57,905 nt of DNA from an uncultured bacterium (lineage in GTDB: Bacteria; Verrucomicrobiota; Kiritimatiellia; RFP12; UBA3636): contig CADBEF010000049.1 in the NCBI GenBank assembly GCA_902793555.1, positions 1 through 57,905 of the forward strand, in the 5' to 3' direction. The position numbers and the translations under genes are program-made. This document shows, piece by piece, positions 48,490 to 57,026 of this stretch; the stretch's first letter is position 1, and each line of letters starts with the position of its first letter. Below the pieces are notes generated by a model. The model saw only the letters and a list, made by a program, of their open reading frames with translations, was not told the DNA's origin and searched no databases.

Positions 48490-49542
48490 ATGAAACGCCG
48501 CGCCCTTCTCCTTTCCCTCCTCGCCCTCGCGCCGCTCGCCGTAGGTGCGGCGGGGCTCCGTCTTGTCGACGCCGAAGAACTCGCGAAGCTCGACGAAGAA
48601 CGCGCCAAAACCGGCGACGAACCCGCCGTGACGGTCGACGGAACCGTCGTGGCGACGAAAAACCGGTTCCGGTTCGTCGTCGATCCGACCCGCAGCCGGA
48701 ATCTCGGAACCGTGGACTTTCTCCTCCAATGGGCGCCTCGCGAACCTTTCGTCGACGAGCCCTCTCCGTTCGCTTGGACGGTGGCCGGGCAATACGCGGA
48801 CGACCGCTTCGCGGCCCGATGCATCGCAGACGCCTTCCTTCTGGACCGCGAAGCGGAGAAACGGGGGTTCGAGTCGGGAGAAACGATGGTCCGGGACGGC
48901 ATCGCCGAACCGACCGAAGAAGAACTGCGCGCCGCGTGGGCGGCCATTCTGGCCGAAAACCCGTCGGAGGGACGCATCGGGGAAACGGTCGAGGCGTCCC
49001 ACCTCCTGGTCCTCCTTCCCGAAGGCGCTTCGGCCGACGACGACGCGGCCGCCCAGAAGAAAGCCAAGGCCCTCCGGGAACGCATTCTGGCCGGAGAGGC
49101 GTTCGCGGCCGTCGCGCGGGAAGCGTCCGACTGTCCGTCGAAAGCCCGCGGAGGATCGCTCGGATCGTTCACGCGCGGACAGATGGTTGCGGCGTTCGAA
49201 GAGGCCGCGTTTTCGCAGCCGGTCGGCGTCGTGGGGGAACCGGTGCGGACCGAATACGGCTGGCACTTGATTCTCGTGACGAAACGGGAACCAGCGCGCG
49301 AACGCCGTTTCGAGGAAGTCCGCGACGATCTCAAGGCCGATTTGTTCGCCCAAAAGCTCGAAGACCGCATCGAACGGCTCCTCGAACCGCTGCGGAAGGC
49401 CGCCGTCGTCCAATACGCGCCCGGCTACGATCCCGCGGAGCCTTCGGTTTTGTATTGGAACCCCGCCACGCCGGGCCCCGCCACGAACGCGCCCGCCGCG
49501 GATGAACCTCACGCAGAGAGCGCGGAGAACGCGGAGAATTGA
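48490..49542 (+). CDS. secreted parvulin-type peptidyl-prolyl isomerase (SurA/PrsA-like) with family tail
   Basis: MKRRALLLSLLALAPLAVGA.. PpiC block ASHLLVLL..FAAVAREASDCPSKARGGSLGSFTRGQMVAAFEEAAF..VRTEYGWHLILV. Ends ..NPATPGPATNAPAADEPHAESAENAEN. Confidence 0.85.
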   Translation: MKRRALLLSLLALAPLAVGAAGLRLVDAEELAKLDEERAKTGDEPAVTVDGTVVATKNRFRFVVDPTRSRNLGTVDFLLQWAPREPFVDEPSPFAWTVAGQYADDRFAARCIADAFLLDREAEKRGFESGETMVRDGIAEPTEEELRAAWAAILAENPSEGRIGETVEASHLLVLLPEGASADDDAAAQKKAKALRERILAGEAFAAVAREASDCPSKARGGSLGSFTRGQMVAAFEEAAFSQPVGVVGEPVRTEYGWHLILVTKREPARERRFEEVRDDLKADLFAQKLEDRIERLLEPLRKAAVVQYAPGYDPAEPSVLYWNPATPGPATNAPAADEPHAESAENAEN

Positions 49543-49573
49543 CATTGTCCACCGACTTCCGTTGCCATAAACG
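49543..49573 (+). repeat. TTGTCCACC element, partial copy 3, directly after the stop of 48490..49542
   Basis: CATTGTCCACCGACTTCCGTTGCCATAAACG. The CCGTTGCCAT part recurs at the ATPase start (49653-49663). Confidence 0.6.
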
Positions 49574-49623
49574 CATGATAACGATGCTATTTTTCATGAA
49601 AGCTTGATTTTAGTGTCGTTAAC

Positions 49624-49652
49624 TTGACTTTTTCTCATGCTTTCGGTAGATT
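49624..49652 (+). promoter_or_regulatory. canonical sigma70-like promoter TTGACT-N17-TAGATT, 8 nt before ATG 49661
   Basis: GTTAACTTGACTTTTT..TAGATT in an AT-rich island. Confidence 0.6.
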
Positions 49653-49660
49653 CCGTTGCC

Positions 49661-50896
49661 ATGAAACAACCCATCTTCCACCGCGAGGCGTATTTGCGCA
49701 AACTCCGGCCGTTCTACCGGTCGGACTTGATCAAGGTCATCACCGGCATCCGCCGTTGCGGCAAATCCTGCCTGCTGCTCTCCGTGATGGAGGAACTCCG
49801 GCGCGAGGGCGTTCCGGCGGAGAACATCGTCTACGTCAATCTCGACAAGCGGGGCTTCAAGAACATCCGCCGTCCGGAGCAGCTCGAGGAGGCCGTCGCC
49901 TCGCGCCTTCCCGCGAAGGCGGACCAGGTCTACCTGTTTGTCGACGAAGTCCAGAACGTTGAGGACTTCGAACCCGTGCTCAACGCGTTCCGGGAGGAAG
50001 GCGTCTCGATCTTCGTCACGGGCTCCAACTCCTACCTGCTCGGCGGCGAGCTGGCGACCAAGCTCACGGGCCGCCACGTCGAGTTCGACCTCTTCCCGCT
50101 TTCGTTCCGCGAATGGCTCGACATGCGGGCGTTCCTCGGCAAGCCCTCCGTTGCGGACCGGAACGCCGCCTTCGCGGAATACGTCCGGAGCGGCGGACTG
50201 CCGAAAACGCTCGAGTTCGACGATCCGGAGGCCCGCGAAACCTATGTCGAAAGCGTCGTGGAGCAGATCCTCCACAAGGACGTCCGCCGGCGCTTCAAGA
50301 TCCGCAACCGGCCCGTCTTCGACAAGGTCCGGACCTATCTCGTGAACAACTTCGGCGCGCCCACGAGCCTCCCGAACCTCGAGGAGGAGTTCCGGAAGCG
50401 GCAGGGCCTGCCCGTCACGCAGCGGACGCTCCGGCGGTACCTGGACATCCTGGAGAAGGCCCGCATCCTGTATCCGTGCCCGCGGTTCGACCTCAAATCC
50501 CGCAAGTCCCTCCGCGGCGGCGGAAAGTTCTACCTGGCCGACACCGGACTCTACTTCGCGGCGAACACGGACCACCGGATCAACTACGGCCCCGTTCTCG
50601 AGAACCTCGTTTTCGCCCATCTCCGGAGCGAAGGATTCCGGGTGTCCGTCGGACGGATCGGCGACCTCGAATGCGACTTCATCGTGCGGCGCCGCGAAGA
50701 CTACGCCTATGTCCAGGTCGCAATGACGATCGCCGACCCCGAAACCGAGGCGCGCGAATTCGCGCCCTTCTCGAAAATCCGCGACAACTACCCGAAAATC
50801 CTGCTCACGCTCGACCCCCTCCTGCAGCGCCGCGACGGCATCCGGCACCTCAACCTGCTCGACGTCCTGACCGGACGGGAAACGCTGTTCCCGTAA
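49661..50896 (+). CDS. AAA+ ATPase of the AAA_14/DUF4143 family (intact copy)
   Basis: Walker A TGIRRCGKSCLL, Walker B LFVDEVQ, C-terminal LECDFIV nuclease-like motif. ATG 49661 is inside ORF 49637..50896. Confidence 0.9.
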   Translation: MKQPIFHREAYLRKLRPFYRSDLIKVITGIRRCGKSCLLLSVMEELRREGVPAENIVYVNLDKRGFKNIRRPEQLEEAVASRLPAKADQVYLFVDEVQNVEDFEPVLNAFREEGVSIFVTGSNSYLLGGELATKLTGRHVEFDLFPLSFREWLDMRAFLGKPSVADRNAAFAEYVRSGGLPKTLEFDDPEARETYVESVVEQILHKDVRRRFKIRNRPVFDKVRTYLVNNFGAPTSLPNLEEEFRKRQGLPVTQRTLRRYLDILEKARILYPCPRFDLKSRKSLRGGGKFYLADTGLYFAANTDHRINYGPVLENLVFAHLRSEGFRVSVGRIGDLECDFIVRRREDYAYVQVAMTIADPETEAREFAPFSKIRDNYPKILLTLDPLLQRRDGIRHLNLLDVLTGRETLFP

Positions 50897-50954
50897 GCCG
50901 CCGCGGAAAACCGGAACGGACGGCTCCTTTACCAACCAGCGGAACGGAAACGAA

Positions 50955-53900
50955 ATGAAACGCATCTCCTTCGCCCAATGGATCGCGGGCGCGCTCGCCG
51001 CGCTCGCGACGACGGCCGCCGCGGGCGGCTTCGATTTCGACAAGGCCTGGCGACAGGTCGACGCGGCGGCCCGGAAGGACCTGCCGCGCACGGTCACGAA
51101 CCTCGTCGCGGAGATCGAGCGCGAGGCGGTCGCGGCGGAGCGCTGGCCCGACGCGGCGCGCGCGTTCCTCGCGCGCGAACAGGCGATGCAGGCGTTCGCC
51201 GACGAGCAGCCCGCCGACTGGCTCCCCGCCTTCGCCGCGTCGGTCGACGCGCAGCCGGCGCCGCTCCAGGCCGTCCTGCAGCTGCACCTCGCGCACACCT
51301 ATTTCGAAAACTCGGAGAATTCGAGCCGCTGGGGCTGGGGCGGCGCGGCGCCGACGAAGCTCGACGACGCGGCCGCGGCGGACAAGAGGCCGCCGTGGTC
51401 GCCCGAGAAGATCGCCGCGACGCTCGAGGCGCAATTCGCCAAGGTCTTCGCCCGCTCCGACGAGCTCCAGGCGATGAAGCTCGCCGACTGGGCGACGCTC
51501 TTCAAACCGGGCCGCCCCGCGTCCTACACCCCCACGCTCTTCGATTTCGCCGTCCACGACGCGATCCGGTTCTTCTACGGCCGGGCCCTCCGCGACCGGA
51601 CGCTCGAGAAGGGCCTCGCCCTCTTCGACCGCCTGATCGCGTTCCACGAGGCGGACGGCAACCTCGACGCGCTCGCGATGGCCGAGCTGAAGCGCGCGGA
51701 ATACGTCCGGGACTTCGACCAGAAGCCCGAGAAGGAGCGCGAGGCGGCGTTCGAGGCGTTCCTCGACGCCTTCCTCGTGCGCTTCGAGGGCCGGACGGAG
51801 GCCGTCGCGTTCGGCGCGGCCGCCAAGGCCGAGCGCCTGCGCAGGCGGGGCGAGCTCGTCGCCGCGCACGACCTCGCGGCCGACTACGCGGCGAAGTGGC
51901 CGAAGGCCCCGGGCGGCGTCCAGTGCGACAACATCGCCGACGAAATCGAAGCCCCGCACTTTTCCTTCGAGACGGAGCGCAACTGGTGCGCCCCGTGGCC
52001 GGAGATCACGGTCTACGTGCGCAATCTGAGCGAAGTCCATTTCCGCCTCGTCCCCGTCACGTTCGAGGAGCTCGTCGAGGACAAGTCGATGGGCAGCGAC
52101 ACCTACTACGAGGCCATCCCGAAACTGAAGGGGACGTATCGGGACCGCAAGCCCGCGAAGGAGTGGACGGAGACGTTCGAGCCCCGGACGGACTACACCG
52201 CGCAGTCCGGTTCGTTCGCCGTCCCCGCCGATCTCGCGCCCGGCCACTACGTCCTCTTCGCGGCGCTGAACGACAAGTTCGGCGCCGACAAGCGGCCGCT
52301 CTTCGCGCGATACGTCACGGTGACGACCCTGGCGCTCGTGCTGCGGACCGGCCACGGCGCTTTCGGCGGCACGGTCTACGACGCCGAATCCGGCGAACCG
52401 GTCGCCGGCGCGAGCGTGGAGCTCTGGGGCCTTCCCAAGAGCGGCGGCCAACGCAAAAAGCGGCTCGAGTCCTGCACGACGGACGAGGACGGGAACTTCG
52501 TCGCCGAAATCGAAACAGACGGCGGCTATTCGCGCTCGCGCTCCGTCCGCGTCGTGAAGGACGGCATGGAGGTCCTTTCGCTTGGCTGGAACAATTCCCC
52601 CGGCTTCGCCGACAGGGAGGACCGCAACTACGAGTTCGTCGAGCTCTTCACGGACCGGTCGCTCTACCGCCCCGGCCAGGCGATCCACGTGAAGGGCATC
52701 GCCTACCATGCCTACCCGCCCATGCGCGACTTCCACACGTGGGGGAACGAGTCGGTCGTCCTCACGCTCGTCGACCCGAACGGCAAGGAGGTCGCCTCAA
52801 AGCGCCTCCGGACGAACAAGTGGGGTTCGTTCGCCCACACCTTCACGGCGCCGTCCGACCGCCTGACCGGCGCCTACCGCGTGCAGGCGCGCAGCCTGCC
52901 GCGCGCCGCCGTCGGCGCCACCGGCGTGGCGGACAAGACCGTGAACGTCGAGGAATACAAGCGGCCGAAGTTCGAGGCGACGCTGGAGAAGGCGGGCGAG
53001 ACGGCGACGCTCGGCGCGCCGGCGACGGTGACCGGCAAGGCGCTCACCTACGCCGGGCCGCCGGTGCAGGGCGCAAAGGTCGCGTGGCACGTGGAGCGCC
53101 GGACGCGCTATCCGGACTGGTTCCGCCGGTTCTGCTGGGACGGCTGGGACGACGACGAGGAGTTCCTCGACGGCGAGCGTTTCGTCGCGGAGGGCGAGGC
53201 GACGACGGACGAGAACGGCGCGTTCACGATCGAGTTCACGCCCGTCGCGGCGCCGACGGCGGACCTCGCGGGCGACCCGTCGTTCGAGTTCACCGTGACG
53301 GCGACCGTCGTCGACGAAACCGGCGAGGCGCGCATGGCGGAGGCGTCCTTCGAGATCGGCACGGTGGCCTGGCGCGCGGAGGTCGGGACGGAGGGCGAGT
53401 GGCACACGGCGGGCAAGCCCGTCGCGGCGAAGGTGTCGCTCGCGTCGCTCGCCGGCGCGGCCGTCCCCGTGAAGGGCACGCTCAAGGTCTTCCGGCTCCA
53501 GGCGCCGGCGCGGCCCGTCCGCAAGCCCGCCAACCGCGATCGCCCCACCTTCCAGCCAGAGAACGGCCCCTGGGACTGGACGGCCTGGGAGCCGGGCGAG
53601 GAGGTCCTCTCGCGCGAAATCGCGGGCGAGAAGGCCCAGCCGTGGACGGGCGAGCTCGACCTCGGCGTCGGCGCCTACCGGCTCGTCTTCGAGGCGACGG
53701 ACCCGAACGGAAAGACCGTGAAGGACCTGGACACCGTCTGCGTCTTCGACCCGGCGGCGAAGGGGCTCGGGATCGCCGTGCCGGAGCTCTTCCGCGTCGA
53801 GGCGCACACGGTGAAGGTCGGGGGGACGATGCGCGTCTACTGGGGCACGGGCTACGAAACCGGCTACTGCCGCGTCCGGGTCTCCAGCAACGGCAAGACG

Positions 53901-56900
53901 ATCCTCGACACGTCCGTGCGCGGCGAGAACCCCGTCTGGTCCTACGAGCTTCCGGTCCGGGACGAGCACCGCGGCCGGATCGCGGTCGAGACGACGTTCG
54001 TCCGCGAGAACCGCCTCTACCGCAACGAGACGACGGTGTGGGTCCCGTGGGACGACAAGCGCCTCGACATCGAGGCCGAGCACCTGTCGAGCGGGCTCCA
54101 TCCCGGCACGCAGGAGACGTGGACGTTCAAGGTCTCCGGCCCCGCCGAGGTGCTGGCCTTCCTCTACGACCGTTCGCTCGACGCCTACAAGTGGCACGAC
54201 GTCTCGCTCGGCTTCTCCAACCACTTCACGCCGTGGACGCCGGGCCGCGCCGCCGCGCGTCTCCAGAACATGTCGGGCTTCTTGTTCCATCTCGGCGGCG
54301 GCTTCCCCGGCCGGGGCCGGAGCGTCGACCTGTACTGGCCGACGTGGAACATCCCGCCGGTCGATTTTTCGCGCAAATACAAGAATGCCGCCGACGTCCA
54401 GTTCTGCGTTGCGCCCAGCGCCGCCGTGGGCGGCGCCCGGGTCAACGCCTATTCCGCGGATGACGACTGGGACGACGACTGGGACGTCTGCGAGGAGATG
54501 GACTACGACGACGAGGAATGCGAGGAAGCGGAATGCGACGAGGAGGACGAGGAGGAAGACGATGCCGGGGACGCGTCCCCGCCGCGGCGGAACCTGCAGG
54601 AGACGGCCTTCTTCCTCCCCGACCTCGAGACGGACGCGGAGGGGCGCGTGTCGTTCACGTTCACCGTGCCCGACGCGCTCACGGGCTGGAAGCTGCTGAT
54701 GGTCGCGCACGACAACGCGCTCGACGGCGGCGTCTACCGCAACGACTCGATCGTGACCGTGCGGCCGCTCATGTGCGAGCCGAACGCCCCGCGCTTCGCG
54801 CGCGAGGGCGACGACTTCCTCTTCGCCGTCAAGGTGACGAACACGGAGGACGAGCCACAGAAGGGAGAGGTCTCGATGGAGCTCGAAGAGCTCGGCGGCG
54901 GCGGCGCCCTCGCGGAGGGCGCCCTGCCGCCGCCGCAAGCCTTCGAGCTCGCTCCCCGCGAGTCGAAGACCTTCGAGTTCCGCGTCGCGATCCCCGACGG
55001 CTGCGGCTTCCTGAAATACGTTGCCAAGGCGAAGGGGGCGAAGTTCGCCGACGGCGAGGAGGGCGTGCTGCCCGTCCTCGCGCGGCGCATCCTCGTGCGC
55101 GAGGCGGTGCAGCTCCACGCGGAGCGCGGGCTCGGACACGATCCGCCACGCGGGGCTCGAGGTGCGCGCCGTGTCGCGCCCGGCGTGGTACGCGGTGCTC
55201 TCGCTCCCGTATCTGATGGAGTTCCCGCACGAGTGCTGCGAGCAGACCTTCTCGCGCTACTACGCGAACGCGCTCGGCGCGTTCCTCGCGAACGCCGACC
55301 CGCGTATCCGCGCGACGTTCGACGCCTGGAGGGAGGCCGGCGCGGAGGCGCTCAAGAGCCCGCTGGAGACCAACCCGCAGCTCAAGGCCGTCGCGCTCGA
55401 GGCGACGCCGTGGGTGCGCGAGGCGGAGCACGAGACCGCCGCCCGCGCGCGGCTGGGCGAGCTCTTCGGAAGCGAGCGCCTCGCGGCCGAGCAGGAGCGC
55501 TGCCTCGGGAAGCTGCGCGAGACGCGCACCCGCGACGGCCTCTGGCCGTGGTTCCCGGGCGGGCCGTCGTCCGATTCCATCACGCTCTACATCCTCACCG
55601 GGTTCGCGCGCCTCAACCGCCTCGCGGCGATGGACTACCCGGACTTCTTCGCGGACGCGACGAAGGCGCTCGACCGCGAGGTCGCGGCTCGCGGCGATGG
55701 ACTACCCGGACTTCTTCGCGGACGCGACGAAGGCGCTCGACCGCGAGGTCGCGGCGGACGTGCAGCGCCGGCTCGAGCTGGAACGGACGGAGCAGGTCCC
55801 CTTTCGCGTGAACGGCTTCGACGTGCGCTGGCTCTACCTGCACTCGTTCGCGGGCGTGCCGGCGCCGAAGAACGGGAAGGACGCGGAACTCTTCGTCGAG
55901 CACCTCCGCACGGAGTGGCCGGACCTCGGGCTCGAGACGCAGGCCGTCGCCGCGACCGCGCTGAAGCGCCGCGGCGAGGAGGCGCTCGCGCGCGAAATCC
56001 TCGCCTCCATCAAAGAGCGCGGCGTCCTCTCCGACGAGCTCGGGATGTACTGGAAGCGCCCGTATTTCTTCTCGTGCAGCCTCTTCGCGGCGCCCGTCTC
56101 GACGCAGGCGCTCGTCGTCGAGGCGTTCCGCGAGGTCACGGGAGACGAGGCGAGCGCCGATGCCTGCAACGTGTGGCTTCTCAAGCAGAAGCAGACGCAG
56201 GACTGGACCACGACCGCCGCGACGGCGGACGCCATCTACGCGCTCGTCCTCGGCGGCGGGGCCGACCTGCTCGCGGGCGACGCGCTCGCGGAGGTGACGC
56301 TCGGCGGCGAGAAGGTCCCGGCGGAGAACGCCGAGGCCGGCACGGGGATGTGGTCGCACCGCTACGCGGCGGAGGAGATCAAGCCCGGCATGGGCGAGAT
56401 CGCGTTCACGGGCGCGGGCGAGAAGGGCGTCGCGTGGGGCGGCGTGCACTGGAGCTACTTCGAGGACGTCCTGAAGGTCCGCGCGCACGAGCCGAAGGAG
56501 CTGCGCGTCGAGAAGAAATACTACAAAAAGACGAAGGGCGCGGAGGGGACGCGCCTCGCGGCGATCGGCGAAGCGCTTGAGCCGGGCGACGAGCTCGTGG
56601 CGCGGCTGGAGATCACGAGCGATCGCACCTACGAGTTCGTGCACCTCTCCGACGAGCGCCCCGCGTGCGCCGAGCCGGTGGACGTGCTCTCGTCCTATCG
56701 GTGGCGGGACGGCGTGGGCTACTACCAGTCGACGAAGGACACGGCGACGCACTACTACATCGACCGCCTGAACAAGGGCGTCTTCGTCCTGGAGACCTCC
56801 TACCGCGTGCAGCAGCGCGGCGTCTTCTCCGGCGGCCTGGCGACCATCCAGTGCATGTACGCCCCGGAGTTCACGGCGCACTCCGCTGCCGAGACCGTCC

Positions 56901-56911
56901 GCGTGAAGTAG
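50955..56911 (+). pseudogene. large bacterial alpha-2-macroglobulin-family protein with thioester motif, disrupted by a 1-nt frameshift (about 55125-55131) and a 67-bp tandem duplication
   Basis: Signal peptide MKRISFAQWIAGALAALATTAAAGG, long MG-domain-type body and thioester region LSLPYLMEFPHECCEQTFSRYYAN. Three consecutive frames (50955.., 55132.., 55697..56911) join into one ~1960-aa protein if one base and one duplicate copy are removed. Confidence 0.8.
55621..55754 (+). repeat. perfect 67-bp tandem duplication inside the alpha-2-macroglobulin gene
   Basis: CTCGCGGCGATGGACTACCCGGACTTCTTCGCGGACGCGACGAAGGCGCTCGACCGCGAGGTCGCGG at 55621-55687 and again at 55688-55754. AAMDYPDFFADATKALDREVAA is encoded twice. 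Confidence 0.95.
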
Positions 56912-56938
56912 CCGGGCGCCGCGCCGGATTGACTTGAA

Positions 56939-56996
56939 TTTACCCCAATTTGCCCGATTCGGGAAGTAGACAGCGGGCGGGGCGGTCTGGTAGAAT
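56939..56996 (+). promoter_or_regulatory. promoter-like element TTTACC-N46-TGGTAGAAT for 57027..
   Basis: TTTACC 56939-56944 followed by CCAATTTGCCCGATTCG (like 3757 and 198). TAGAAT 56991-56996. Confidence 0.5.
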
Positions 56997-57026
56997 GGGG
57001 CGCGTCAACCCAATCCGGGAGCCACC

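Noticed and set aside
47908-49545. 545-aa ORF on the - strand covering the PPIase gene.
   Set aside because: Only its last 90 codons (47908..48180) form a recognisable protein (RelB/DinJ). The rest is antisense to a well-supported parvulin gene and crosses the conserved promoter block.
50926-50931. TTTACC 24 nt upstream of the alpha-2-macroglobulin start as another copy of the promoter layout.
   Set aside because: No TAnnAT hexamer lies 44-46 nt downstream, because that position falls inside the CDS. It is probably a chance hexamer, and the gene may be co-transcribed with the ATPase.
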